From the IMG/VR virus record IMGVR_UViG_3300037400_004242: DNA of 64,000 nt; one strand, given 5' to 3'. The DNA is from a virus (taxonomy: Duplodnaviria; Caudoviricetes). Numbering within the stretch: position 1 is the first letter of the stretch; every line of letters starts with the position of its first letter. The position numbers and the translations under genes were made by a program. A model generated the notes under the pieces. The model was not told the origin of the DNA, did no database searches, and saw only the letters and a program-made list of their open reading frames with translations. Below are positions 39,036 to 49,692 of this stretch, piece by piece.

Positions 39036-40727
39036 ATGCAAAGCAACATCAAAATGGAAGATTGCTTTCCATATTCAAAGGCTAGACCAGCACAAGAAGA
39101 TATTTTAAAGTCATTAGACAAAATTTATTCATATGATGATAAATATCGTTATATTGTAATTGAAGCTGGTACAGGAATTGGAAAATCTGCAATTGCTAAG
39201 TCAATTTCAAAGAAAGAAAAGACTTGCTATCTTTTGACAGCAACAAAACAGTTGCAAGACCAATATATTCATGATTTTGGGAATATGGGGGCAAGTGCTG
39301 TCAAAGGTTCTGTAAATTACGAATGTGCAGTTGATGATACGCTTGATTGTTCCAATGGAGCGTGTAAACTTTCCTTGGATGGTATGCGTTCACGTTGCTA
39401 TGCAGATAAGGCTTGTCCATATCAAAACGCAAAGCAAAAAGCGGATGCATCAGAAATGTTTGTTACATCTTATGCATATTTTCTTCGTGTTAGTCGAGGA
39501 AATAATACATCATTCAAATCTAGGAATGTTATTATTGTTGACGAATGTCATATGCTAGAAGACCAGCTTATTAATTGCGCTGGTTTTACTTTGAATCCTG
39601 AAAAAATGAATCATAGGTATCAAATTCATCATGGAATGGATTTCAAAACAATGGTGCTATATAAGCATATGCCAAATCCTGATGATGAACAGCAAATGAT
39701 TCAATGGATTTTCTTAGTTAAAAAATTAATTGCAAAACGCATGGAAATTTTTCAAAAATCTATATTCGCAGCTCGTTATGGTGACAGAAGTCAAATGACT
39801 GCGGATGAACTAAGTGATGTAGAAGATTTGGACATCAAAGATACATCACAAAAACTTGAAGAATTAAAGCGTTTATATGAAAAAATTATTAAATTTTTAA
39901 ATGAAGAAGATAAAAGTAATTGGGTAATGTCTGTAAAAGATAAACAGATTTCTGTAAAACCAATTAATGTAGATGGTTTGTTTAAACAACTAATTGATAA
40001 ATTTGCAATCCATAAAGTTGTTTTTATGTCTGCAACGATTCTTGATAAAGTTGGATTTTGTAATGATATGGGAATTGAAGCAGATAAAACTTGTTTTGTT
40101 ACTAGAGACGGTGTTTTCTCTGCGAAACGTTCACCGATTGTATATGACCCTGTAGGTTCTATGAGTTACAAAAACATTAATTTCACAATGCCATATGTAA
40201 TTGATGAAATTAAACGTATTATGGAACTGTATCCGAACGAAAAAGGAATTATTCATACAGCTACATATAATATTGCGCAACAAATTACAGAAGCTATTAA
40301 AAGTGATAGATTTGTAGTAAGAGAGCATGATGAATCAAATGAAGATTTGTTTCAATATCATGCGCAATCTGATAAACCTACAATTTTAGTTAGTCCATCG
40401 CTGATGGCAGGTGTGGATTTACATGATGATTTAAGTAGATTTCAGATTGTAGTAAAACTTCCTTATATTTCTCTTGCAGATGAAAGAGTAAAACGTAAAA
40501 TGCAAAAGAATCAAAAATGGTATACATGCAAGATGTTGCGTAATTTAGTTCAGGAATGTGGTAGAAGTACAAGAAACGAAAAAGATTGGTCAGTTACTTA
40601 TATTTTAGATAATGCTTTTGAAAAAACAGTTTATTTTAATAAAAAAATGCTGTCACCACATTTTTTGAATCGTATTGTGAATGTTAATAATTTTAAGGTT
40701 CAAGAGTATCGTAATTTGGTGAAATAA
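39036..40727 (+). CDS. DinG/Rad3-family SF2 helicase with Fe-S cluster
   Basis: RPAQ, EAGTGIGKS, 4-Cys cluster region, DECH, MSAT, GVDLHDD, KLPY, QECGRSTR. Confidence 0.9.
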   Translation: MQSNIKMEDCFPYSKARPAQEDILKSLDKIYSYDDKYRYIVIEAGTGIGKSAIAKSISKKEKTCYLLTATKQLQDQYIHDFGNMGASAVKGSVNYECAVDDTLDCSNGACKLSLDGMRSRCYADKACPYQNAKQKADASEMFVTSYAYFLRVSRGNNTSFKSRNVIIVDECHMLEDQLINCAGFTLNPEKMNHRYQIHHGMDFKTMVLYKHMPNPDDEQQMIQWIFLVKKLIAKRMEIFQKSIFAARYGDRSQMTADELSDVEDLDIKDTSQKLEELKRLYEKIIKFLNEEDKSNWVMSVKDKQISVKPINVDGLFKQLIDKFAIHKVVFMSATILDKVGFCNDMGIEADKTCFVTRDGVFSAKRSPIVYDPVGSMSYKNINFTMPYVIDEIKRIMELYPNEKGIIHTATYNIAQQITEAIKSDRFVVREHDESNEDLFQYHAQSDKPTILVSPSLMAGVDLHDDLSRFQIVVKLPYISLADERVKRKMQKNQKWYTCKMLRNLVQECGRSTRNEKDWSVTYILDNAFEKTVYFNKKMLSPHFLNRIVNVNNFKVQEYRNLVK

Positions 40728-40748
40728 AGGAGGTACGCTGGATGTAAT

Positions 40749-41015
40749 ATGAATAAGATTTTTATATGTTCTATTACAAAGATATACGATAAACAATATA
40801 CATTAAATATGATAGCTTTTTATTGTGCTAAAAATGGATTTGATTATTCTCAAAGAATAATGTTTGATAAGATAGATTTAAATGAAGATTTATCTTGGGA
40901 GAAAAATCAATTAGAACATTATTTTGAATATGAAACAAAAACTCCACATATTTTATGTAATAATCATATTGTGTTAAAGAAACTTTTTAAGAGATATAAA
41001 AAAATATTTATTTAA
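40749..41015 (+). CDS. Hypothetical protein
   Basis: ORF between the helicase gene and a terminator-like hairpin. Confidence 0.45.
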   Translation: MNKIFICSITKIYDKQYTLNMIAFYCAKNGFDYSQRIMFDKIDLNEDLSWEKNQLEHYFEYETKTPHILCNNHIVLKKLFKRYKKIFI

Positions 41016-41108
41016 TAGAAAACAGGCATACTTTCAAAGTATGCCTGTATTTTTAATGTAGAGAATTTTGTAAATTTTAAATTTTATATAAAAAGGATTG
41101 ATGCTATA

Positions 41109-42431
41109 GTGAATATCGTATTAGCAAAACTTCGTCGCCTAATTCGTAAAGCACTAGAAACAGGGCAAAAAGTTAGTGTCCCTGGTGAGCCTGTACAAAA
41201 AGATGCTGTAAATTCAGTTAATAATATGGGTAATTTAGGTTTTACGCAAATTGAAGGTAGTAGAGAAGCAAAGTATGTTGCTAAACTTCCATTTGAACAA
41301 GGAAGAATGGATATTAAGGATTTACCAAGCTATGATGAAATTGAATCTTTTTCATCAGAAAATATTAAGAGTGTAAAATCTTTAACAAAACATATTTGTG
41401 ACCAAATTTTTCCATTTACGAACAAGAGCGGGCGTAATGAAGGTGTTGAATGGGTAGCAAAAGAATCTAGACCAAAACTGTATAAAGTAGATAAAAATAC
41501 AGGTGATAAAGATGGCGTTGCTATTTATGTAAAACCAAAGAACTCGCAAGATGCAAGTCGTTCTAATGGCTATGTTATTGTAACAGGTAGCGTTGCATAT
41601 GCTAAATTCCAAGTATATGAACAAAATGATGATGGAACATTTTCACCAACAAATGACGTATTAGTATATGTAAACAATTCTAGTTTCCAAAAAAGCCAAG
41701 TTAATTTAAGTATTGATAACGTGAATAATCATTCAGATATGAATGAAGAAGGAGACGTTTCAAGAGAATATTGTGAAGGTATATTTACAACACAAAACAT
41801 TGGCGTTTCTAGTAGTGCAAATTATTTTGCAGGAGCTTCAGGAAAGATTGAAAGAGCCTTTGCAGAGTATAAGTTCTTAAAAGGAAAAGCAAAAGATTTT
41901 GTTAAATTTTTGAATGATGACCAAGTAGATATTTCATTGACAAAAACAAGATTTAAGATTAAACAAAATCTTGAACTTGAATTGTCAAATTTCTTGGTTG
42001 AACAAGGAATGACATTACAAGAAGTTAATGCACAAAAAGATGCAGTACATGACGTAATTACATCATGCACTAATGCTTTGGCGGCAGAATGTGTTGCAGA
42101 AGCACATGGTATGACTGGTGAAGAAGTTACACATCAAGCCGCACAGAAAGTTGATAAACTTAGTCAATATGCAGATGCTATTGATGAAAAGATTGATAAC
42201 GGTAAAAACTTCGATGACATTATCAGTCAGTATGTTATTCCATTCTCTCGTGTTAATCGACAGAATGGTAAAAACAAGACGCAGACAAGAGGTACGTCTA
42301 AACCATCTTTCAATCAGTTGATTGCTTACTTCTCAGGTGTTATGAATCCAGAAGATATAAAAATTAGTGGAGTTAACTTTACAGTTGATGAGCTTGAATC
42401 TGCTTTACAGAAAGCTGCTTCAGAGAAATAA
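41109..42431 (+). CDS. Hypothetical protein, possible internal head protein (N-terminal RRLIRKA)
   Basis: Long ORF preceded by TATT-N7-TAGA and followed by a terminator. Confidence 0.55.
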   Translation: MNIVLAKLRRLIRKALETGQKVSVPGEPVQKDAVNSVNNMGNLGFTQIEGSREAKYVAKLPFEQGRMDIKDLPSYDEIESFSSENIKSVKSLTKHICDQIFPFTNKSGRNEGVEWVAKESRPKLYKVDKNTGDKDGVAIYVKPKNSQDASRSNGYVIVTGSVAYAKFQVYEQNDDGTFSPTNDVLVYVNNSSFQKSQVNLSIDNVNNHSDMNEEGDVSREYCEGIFTTQNIGVSSSANYFAGASGKIERAFAEYKFLKGKAKDFVKFLNDDQVDISLTKTRFKIKQNLELELSNFLVEQGMTLQEVNAQKDAVHDVITSCTNALAAECVAEAHGMTGEEVTHQAAQKVDKLSQYADAIDEKIDNGKNFDDIISQYVIPFSRVNRQNGKNKTQTRGTSKPSFNQLIAYFSGVMNPEDIKISGVNFTVDELESALQKAASEK

Positions 42432-42432
42432 T

Positions 42433-42462
42433 AAAAGGAGAGGATTAATCCTCTCCTTTTTT
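42433..42462. terminator. Bidirectional terminator between convergent genes
   Basis: AAAAGGAGAGGA-ttaa-TCCTCTCCTTTT. Confidence 0.8.
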
Positions 42463-43179
42463 ATCTAAAATTTTATCATAAATTTTTTGTGTATTTTCAG
42501 CTTTAAAATAAATAAGATGCCATAATAGCGTTTTTTTGTCTCTTACAGACATAATCTCATCAGTATCATAATTAAAATTATATTTTTTATCTTCTTGTAA
42601 TCTATCTACGATTTCATCTATTGCTTCACCATAATCTTGTTGCAAATATTGCATTTGTTGTGTAGCATATATGAATTTTTTATCTAATTTTTCTTTTCGA
42701 TTAATTAAACGATTTACAGTAATTTTTTGTTTTGGATTAATTTTTATTTCAAAAATAGGTTCTTTTAATTCTTTTTTCAAAAAAGCAACCATATTGTTGT
42801 ATTCATTATCATCAGATTTGGTAGTTGAAGAAAAATCTAAAATATCTTCTGTATCACTATTAAAATCTTCATCAAATGTATCTTTGTCTTCTTGCGTTGC
42901 ATCATATTTTGCTTGCGCAATTTTCATTTCTTTTGTATTATAAAAGAGTAAATCGTTTTTATCTATCATAAAAATATGTTTTTTGTATGAATAGTCTTCC
43001 CAAAATTCATTCCGAAAATATAAAGATATTTGATTTAATTTTATTTTTAGTTCCTTGCTTAATTCTTTGCTTTTTTGTTGCAATTTATTATGTTGTTTCG
43101 TAATCATGGCGATTTCTTTTGCCATATCATCATAGGAAGAATCTAATTGAATATACTCTTTATCATTTGCATTATCCAT
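42445..43179 (-). CDS. Hypothetical coiled-coil protein (only convincing minus-strand gene)
   Basis: 244 aa, GAAAGGG RBS, local strand composition inverted. Confidence 0.7.
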   Translation of the reverse strand: MDNANDKEYIQLDSSYDDMAKEIAMITKQHNKLQQKSKELSKELKIKLNQISLYFRNEFWEDYSYKKHIFMIDKNDLLFYNTKEMKIAQAKYDATQEDKDTFDEDFNSDTEDILDFSSTTKSDDNEYNNMVAFLKKELKEPIFEIKINPKQKITVNRLINRKEKLDKKFIYATQQMQYLQQDYGEAIDEIVDRLQEDKKYNFNYDTDEIMSVRDKKTLLWHLIYFKAENTQKIYDKILDKKGED

Positions 43180-43329
43180 AGGCGTACCCTTTCCGTTACA
43201 AATTTCAAAAATATTATATGAAAAGTATTATTATATATTACAAGTAATTATTTTGCAACTTTTTGTACAAATATATCATAAAGTGTTTAATTTGACATAT
43301 ATTTAATACAGGATGGAGGTGAAATAATA

Positions 43330-44637
43330 TTGAAACTTAGTTCAAATACAAAGAAGAAAACTATTTCATTTTACTCATATCATTTAAATCATGAGAAATA
43401 TGAACAGATTGAAAATTTAGCAAAACAAATTCAAGCATATCAAAATTTCATTTCTGAGATTTACTACAACACTTATTTTCAGAAACAAAAGATTTCTTGT
43501 GGTAAATTCATCACAGAAATGAAAATATATCGTGATAAGGAATTTTCCTCTTCATTTTTTCAACAGATATGTAAACAAGTATATGAAAAATATGAAAAGA
43601 AAAAACCTCCAAAACAGCAAGTGGTTTTCAAGAAATTATCCTTTGTTGGTATCAATCTAATGACAAAACCTTTTATTGAAGAAAGCAACAACAAATATAC
43701 AAACGGAATTATCAATTTTAATATACCTAAACAAGGAGTAATTTGTATTCCATTTAGATATTCAAAAAAGTATCATGGTGATTTGTCAGATATTACTTAT
43801 TCCATGACAGGTGCAAACAAATCTCAATTTCAAAAACTGTATACTTGTACATTGTTAGGTAAAGATAAACTAAAAATTACTATTGTCGAGGATGATAACA
43901 GAACATATACTACATCAATCAATCACATCGAAGGTATAGATGTAAATGTAAAACATAACCTTTTACAATGTTCTGATGGATTTTCTGTAGATTATGATAG
44001 AAAATTTGTTACTAAAATTATTAAACAAAGAAAAAAGTATGATAGAATTGTATCTACCAAAATGAAAAGAAACATTGACCATACAATGACTGAAAAACAA
44101 TATCATTTAAGTAAGAAAAATTCACGAAGAAGTATTTCTATGGTGGAACAATGTTTGGTAAAATTATTTAAGCATTGTAATAAAAATGGTATTGACCATT
44201 TAGTTTTTGAAGATTTAGGTAAGTTTACAGGTAGACTAAAAATTACCAACAAAGAATTTGATGTTAACTATAAACGACTAATGTACGCAGTTAAACTTGT
44301 AGATATTAAAAACATTGCAGAACGAATTGGAAAGAAATATGGAATCACAATATCTTTAACCAATCCTGAATATACAAGTCAAGAATGCAGTTGTTGTCAT
44401 CATATTTCTAAAAAGAATAGGCAAACGCAAGAATTGTTTAAATGTGAAAATTGTGGATTTGAATTAAATGCAGACTTAAATGCATCCATCAATATAAAAA
44501 ACAGGATTCTCTCAAACGTTTTGAGAGAATCCTGTCATCAGGAAATTGAACCAAATAAATTCATTCCAATTTACAAGAACTACGAAGAATTTAAAACAGC
44601 ATACATAGAATTAATTAAACAAAATACCGTATCTTGA
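43330..44637 (+). CDS. tnpB: TnpB RNA-guided endonuclease (IS200/IS605 or IS607 type), no adjacent transposase
   Basis: RuvC-I GIDVN, RuvC-II VFEDL, Zn finger TSQECSCC..FKCENCG, RuvC-III NADLNASINI. Confidence 0.9.
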   Translation: MKLSSNTKKKTISFYSYHLNHEKYEQIENLAKQIQAYQNFISEIYYNTYFQKQKISCGKFITEMKIYRDKEFSSSFFQQICKQVYEKYEKKKPPKQQVVFKKLSFVGINLMTKPFIEESNNKYTNGIINFNIPKQGVICIPFRYSKKYHGDLSDITYSMTGANKSQFQKLYTCTLLGKDKLKITIVEDDNRTYTTSINHIEGIDVNVKHNLLQCSDGFSVDYDRKFVTKIIKQRKKYDRIVSTKMKRNIDHTMTEKQYHLSKKNSRRSISMVEQCLVKLFKHCNKNGIDHLVFEDLGKFTGRLKITNKEFDVNYKRLMYAVKLVDIKNIAERIGKKYGITISLTNPEYTSQECSCCHHISKKNRQTQELFKCENCGFELNADLNASINIKNRILSNVLRESCHQEIEPNKFIPIYKNYEEFKTAYIELIKQNTVS

Positions 44638-44700
44638 AAAAAAAAGATTAAGGTGAGCATAGTAACAATGCTTTGAATTTGGAATTCTAAACAAAATTAT
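44501..44700 (+). ncRNA. Probable TnpB omegaRNA (reRNA) overlapping the tnpB 3' end; boundaries approximate
   Basis: Perfect 16-bp hairpin ACAGGATTCTCTCAAA-cgt-TTTGAGAGAATCCTGT (44501-44535) right after RuvC-III, with small hairpins after the stop. Confidence 0.4.
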
Positions 44701-44775
44701 ACATATTTATTCTTATTTATATGTAATTTTGACGTTATTTAAAATAGTAATTTTTGAAGAAAGGGTTGTTTTTCG

Positions 44776-45333
44776 TTGAAATATTTAGAAAACGTAAATC
44801 ATTTATTAGATTTATTGGAAGAAAAAAACCCAAATATATATAAGCATTCGGAACGTGTAGCTATGATGTGTTATGCGTTTGGAAAACGTTTTGATTTAGA
44901 TGGAAAAGAACGTGAGAAATTATATTTGGCAGGGTTTCTTCATGAAATTGGAAAAATTAATTTTGATGATGAAATTACAATTGAAAAAAAGAAAATGAAA
45001 TTAGATGATATTTATCCATTGTTTTCAAAAGCAGTTGTTTCTAGTTTGGGAGATTATGGGAAAATATCAGAAATTGTAAGTCAGCATTTAGAAAATATTG
45101 ATGGCTCAGGTCATCCATGCGGATTAAATGCAGAACAAATACATTTGTATGCTACTATGGTACATATGTGCGACTATTATGACACTTGTCGTATGGAAGG
45201 TAATACACATAGTGCGGCAACGGCAAAACTTCGTAAATTAGTAGATGTTGCTTTTCCAAAGAAAATGATTACTCCATTTATTAAAATGTTAATTAGTGGA
45301 GAAGTTGAACTTTGGGACGGGAAAAATATATGA
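44776..45333 (+). CDS. HD-GYP-like protein with degenerate motifs
   Basis: HSERVA, AGFLHEIGK (HD to HE), QHLENIDGSGHPCGL (GYP to GHP), CDYYD. Confidence 0.75.
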   Translation: MKYLENVNHLLDLLEEKNPNIYKHSERVAMMCYAFGKRFDLDGKEREKLYLAGFLHEIGKINFDDEITIEKKKMKLDDIYPLFSKAVVSSLGDYGKISEIVSQHLENIDGSGHPCGLNAEQIHLYATMVHMCDYYDTCRMEGNTHSAATAKLRKLVDVAFPKKMITPFIKMLISGEVELWDGKNI

Positions 45334-45563
45334 CAAATGAAATTATTAAGCATTTTATAAAATTAGGATATAAATATCATAAAGACCCATTAGGACATTA
45401 TTTTGATAAAGGCGATACTAGGTTATCAGTTATGATGTCTGGACCAGTATGGAATTGCTATTGTAATAAATGGATAAATGGTCAATTTCAATTAAAAGAC
45501 AAACAAATAAATTTATTAAACGATGATTTTGTTTTTCGTTGGTTATTACTTCATGTAAATTAA
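45312..45563 (+). CDS. Hypothetical protein (start probably 45330)
   Basis: Overlapping stop/start with the previous gene. Confidence 0.5.
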   Translation: MGREKYMTNEIIKHFIKLGYKYHKDPLGHYFDKGDTRLSVMMSGPVWNCYCNKWINGQFQLKDKQINLLNDDFVFRWLLLHVN

Positions 45564-45627
45564 TTTATATGAGAGGTGCATAGTTTTATTGTACCTCTCA
45601 TATTTTGTATATAGGATGTGATTCTCA

Positions 45628-45921
45628 ATGCTTATTGATTTTAAAATACAAGAGGATGATTATGGTTACTATGTTCTTGCTTATCGAATTGTAGGCGGTG
45701 TAGAAATACAATTTGATACATTAAGAACCTTGGCAACGACGTTAAATTTATCTCATGAAAATATGAAATATTATATTAGTCATGAGTTTAATTCAGATGA
45801 ACAGCCCAAAAATGATAGATTACATTTTGTTAATTATGATGATGCAATCGAATGTAGAGAAGGATTGCGTGCTTTAATACCTAAAGCAATTGAAACGGGA
45901 AATTTATATTTAGCAGAATGA
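45628..45921 (+). CDS. Hypothetical protein
   Basis: ORF with RBS. Confidence 0.5.
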   Translation: MLIDFKIQEDDYGYYVLAYRIVGGVEIQFDTLRTLATTLNLSHENMKYYISHEFNSDEQPKNDRLHFVNYDDAIECREGLRALIPKAIETGNLYLAE

Positions 45922-45934
45922 GAAAGGAGAAAAT

Positions 45935-48643
45935 ATGTTAAATAAAGATATAACATTTTCATTAGATAGTTACGATAAGAAAAAATTCAAGCATGAAGTA
46001 TATGACCACAAGGATGTTTTCTATAGTAGAGAATATATTTATAATTTTAAATTTACAGTAAATATAGATAAAAATGAAATGCCAATTAATCATTTAATTA
46101 TTTATCGTAATGGTGAACCATATAACAATTGTAAGATTATACAAGTTGGGAATAAATCTTATGAGGTTAAAGATGATGTATGGATTCGTTATGGAAACAC
46201 ATGTTATGGTGTAGATGTCGTTCTTGAAGGTGGAAAAACATATCATAATTATTTCTATTTGAAAATTTTACAATCATATCAGCCAAATGATATTCGTTTT
46301 ATAAGTTTTGCAACGTATGGATTACATGAAAATTATTCTATGTTGGATGTAATTGCAAACATTCAGACAAAATATCAAATTGATAGAGTTTTATTATATG
46401 AACATATTTGTCCATTGACAGAGATAGATGAAAAAAGTCGTATATCTAAAATAAGTGAAATGAATGAAAGATATGATTCCAAAGAAATTAAATGGAATTA
46501 TTTGGGAAAAATGGATTTAATAAATCATCAATATCGTTTTCGTTATATGTTGTTTGATACGTCATTAACTGAGAATCGTACAGTATTATATAAGGCTGTA
46601 GTCGTAACAACAAATGAAGTTCGTAGAAGTGCAATTATGTCTACCATTATTAAACCTAATACAATGTCTGTTAATATATTTACATATATGAATACAGAAA
46701 CAAAAGAAAGATACGATATATATGGTGGATGTGTAGGACGTATTGATGCAAAAATTGATGAATACGACAATCCTGAATATAATGGCAAGATTTTTCAACT
46801 TTTAATAGATAAAAGAGACGATGAACAAAATTATTTAAAGTTGCTTGTCGGCGATGATTATAAATTTGAAGCAGATAATTATCATGTTGAATATAAAAGA
46901 AAGAAATTTAATCGTGTACAAACAAATCGTGACCCTAATATTTTTGAAATTTATGGTGATGGATTGGCTACAAAAGTTATTAATGAGGAAAGAGATTTAT
47001 ATCGTAGAGATAATTGTAGATTTTTAGTAACTTTATATTGCGGTGAAGATACTTTTGTTTCATTTAAAATTACTCCATTAAATGATAATAATTTGGCTGT
47101 TAACACGAATAAGACAGAAAATAATATTGTAAAATATTCTTATAATGGTGAATCCAAGATTATGGATAAACAATATTTGGATAAGACTGTAGATGTAAAT
47201 GCAATTCAAGGATATTATACATATAATAGAAAAACAGAAAATCTAATTTTTACAAATATTGATACAAAGGAACAACATATTACAATTATTCCTGATAAGC
47301 CAAAAGAATTATTGTTTCAGGAATTTGATTACATTACATATAACGATAAATATTTTTTCTTTGTCAACTTAGATAATAAAGGAATCCATATTACACGTTA
47401 TGATGGCGTTAATATTGATAAAATTGAATATTTTACAGAGATTATTAAGAGTTCATTAGATTGGATAAAGTCTCAGCAAATATTAAGTTTTGATAAAAAT
47501 AATAATTTAAATTTGAAATTTATATCTTCTAATGGCAGTAATTTTTTAAAGAAAATTGTTGTAGAAAATAATGATTTATCAGTTATTGATTATAGTGATA
47601 TGTTAGTAAATGTATTTAATGATATTCGTAAGCAGATGTTAAATTATGTTGATAATTTAAATTCTGTGACCGTTGGAAAAGTCGAATATATTATTAAAGC
47701 ATCAAATGTTTATGATACATTAGAGCATAAATTTGAGGATATGGGATATACGGATTTTAATTTGAAATTTACGACGCAATATTTTACATATCAAATCAAA
47801 TTCCCAATAGATGTTAAATTTTTAAACAAGACAACAAATGTTTATGTTCGTTTTCAAACGTCTATGACTGTTACTTGTAGAGAAGATGTTATTTTTTATG
47901 AGACGAATTATAGCTTAGGAAATCCAAGATTCGATATTGATATTGATAGTATTAATTTAACATATCATTATACAGATAATGGGAAAAATTTAATTCCTCA
48001 AGTTGGGTATGAAAAATTAAATCAAAAATATTTCTTGAAATTTAGTCAACCTGTAAACACATATACAAAAGAAGATTATGCAATTTTTAAACGTTGCGAT
48101 ATATATAATGGTGGAGCTAGTCTTTATAAGATAAATCCCGAAGATGTATATGGAAATGGGACAAAAGAAAAAACATTTAGGTATTCAGATTTATGTAGAC
48201 TACGTATTTTTATGCTAAATTATAAAGAGTACATGATTATGCGTTTTATGGGTGATAAATGCATGATGACAGTTGTTAATGTAGAATTGAAAGAGCAAAT
48301 ATCACAAGAAACTATTACAACAGATATGTATTTCGATAGTTTGTTCTATTTTACGAAAGAACAGCTTGTATCATTAGATGATTTGTTAAGTAGTGCATAT
48401 TTATATGATTCTGTAAAACGAAAAATGTATATTTGTGCATTGAGTGATTGTTATGTATTAGCTGTTGGTGGAACATATGATACATCATTTCATAATATGG
48501 AGAAATCGACTAGTTTAAGTGGTATTCCGTTAGATAATATGAAAACATATTTGTCTGAATATGAATTTAGTTATCCATTAAACATTAAAAATCGTAATCA
48601 TTATTTAAATGATATAGTCTTTAGTGAAGGGGTATATTCATGA
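45935..48643 (+). CDS. Large beta-rich hypothetical protein, possibly structural
   Basis: 902 aa, Tyr/Asn-rich; GAAAGGAG RBS; coupled to rSAM locus II by ATGA overlap. Confidence 0.6.
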   Translation: MLNKDITFSLDSYDKKKFKHEVYDHKDVFYSREYIYNFKFTVNIDKNEMPINHLIIYRNGEPYNNCKIIQVGNKSYEVKDDVWIRYGNTCYGVDVVLEGGKTYHNYFYLKILQSYQPNDIRFISFATYGLHENYSMLDVIANIQTKYQIDRVLLYEHICPLTEIDEKSRISKISEMNERYDSKEIKWNYLGKMDLINHQYRFRYMLFDTSLTENRTVLYKAVVVTTNEVRRSAIMSTIIKPNTMSVNIFTYMNTETKERYDIYGGCVGRIDAKIDEYDNPEYNGKIFQLLIDKRDDEQNYLKLLVGDDYKFEADNYHVEYKRKKFNRVQTNRDPNIFEIYGDGLATKVINEERDLYRRDNCRFLVTLYCGEDTFVSFKITPLNDNNLAVNTNKTENNIVKYSYNGESKIMDKQYLDKTVDVNAIQGYYTYNRKTENLIFTNIDTKEQHITIIPDKPKELLFQEFDYITYNDKYFFFVNLDNKGIHITRYDGVNIDKIEYFTEIIKSSLDWIKSQQILSFDKNNNLNLKFISSNGSNFLKKIVVENNDLSVIDYSDMLVNVFNDIRKQMLNYVDNLNSVTVGKVEYIIKASNVYDTLEHKFEDMGYTDFNLKFTTQYFTYQIKFPIDVKFLNKTTNVYVRFQTSMTVTCREDVIFYETNYSLGNPRFDIDIDSINLTYHYTDNGKNLIPQVGYEKLNQKYFLKFSQPVNTYTKEDYAIFKRCDIYNGGASLYKINPEDVYGNGTKEKTFRYSDLCRLRIFMLNYKEYMIMRFMGDKCMMTVVNVELKEQISQETITTDMYFDSLFYFTKEQLVSLDDLLSSAYLYDSVKRKMYICALSDCYVLAVGGTYDTSFHNMEKSTSLSGIPLDNMKTYLSEYEFSYPLNIKNRNHYLNDIVFSEGVYS

Positions 48644-49692
48644 GCCATGTTTTACAAATTCAAATGACAAATCAATGTAATTTAAAATGTGAATATTGTT
48701 ATATTCATCAAAATAATGATAAAATGTCGTTTGAAATGTTAAAACAACAAATTAAATATGTAAAACAATTATCAAACAGAATAGACGATGATTTTGATGG
48801 AAAATATGATGTTACATATTTTGGTGGGGAGCCGTTAATTGAATATCAAAATATATTAAAATTTGATGAATATTTAAAACAATCATTAAATGTGCAACAT
48901 TCTTTCATTCAAACAAATGGTATTTTGTTAGATAAAGAAAAAATTAAACAATTAAGAAAAAAGAATATTTATATTGGAATTAGTTGTGATGGTTGTAATG
49001 ATAAGAATCATATATATATTGAAAAAATTTTTCAAAATAAATGGTTGCCTGTAGAAGCAAAAATGATGATAAATAAGTATAACGTTTTTGACTTAATGAA
49101 AAATGTTATATATTTTTATCGTCAAGCGATGAAAGTTAATTGTGGAAATTTATATATAGATGTTTCTTTTGTAAAGGACAATACATGGGATAAACATTCT
49201 ATTATAGAATTAAGACAACAATTAAAAAATTTGTATGATTTTATGATGATGAATTATAGAGATTATCATCGTTGGATTGATATTGGATTTGTTAATAGAA
49301 TTTGCGCAAATATTTTGAACAAAAAACGAAATTATATTTGTTTTGCAGGAGTGAATGGATATAATTTAACTCCGGATGGAATTATTTATCCATGTGCTAG
49401 ATTTTATACAAATCATAAATATCCATTGTTTGATTCAAATAGTTATAAATTTTATGATAAAAATATAGATATAATAAAGCATTGGAATCGGACAAAAAAT
49501 GATAAATGTATGAATTGTGTATTGAATCAATTTTGTAATCAAGGATGCTTATATTCTCAAATTAATAACAATGGAATTATTGATATGTATTGTGATGTAT
49601 TAAAGTCATGCTATCATATGGTAACAACTTTGTATAAAACGATGAAAAATGAATATAATGTGAATATATTAAAGAAAGTTGGTAAGATTTAA
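48640..49692 (+). CDS. Radical SAM/SPASM enzyme (locus II, A)
   Basis: CNLKCEYC, YFGGEP, QTNG; CFAG..TPDGIIYPC...CMNC..NQFCNQGC..C. Confidence 0.9.
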   Translation: MSHVLQIQMTNQCNLKCEYCYIHQNNDKMSFEMLKQQIKYVKQLSNRIDDDFDGKYDVTYFGGEPLIEYQNILKFDEYLKQSLNVQHSFIQTNGILLDKEKIKQLRKKNIYIGISCDGCNDKNHIYIEKIFQNKWLPVEAKMMINKYNVFDLMKNVIYFYRQAMKVNCGNLYIDVSFVKDNTWDKHSIIELRQQLKNLYDFMMMNYRDYHRWIDIGFVNRICANILNKKRNYICFAGVNGYNLTPDGIIYPCARFYTNHKYPLFDSNSYKFYDKNIDIIKHWNRTKNDKCMNCVLNQFCNQGCLYSQINNNGIIDMYCDVLKSCYHMVTTLYKTMKNEYNVNILKKVGKI

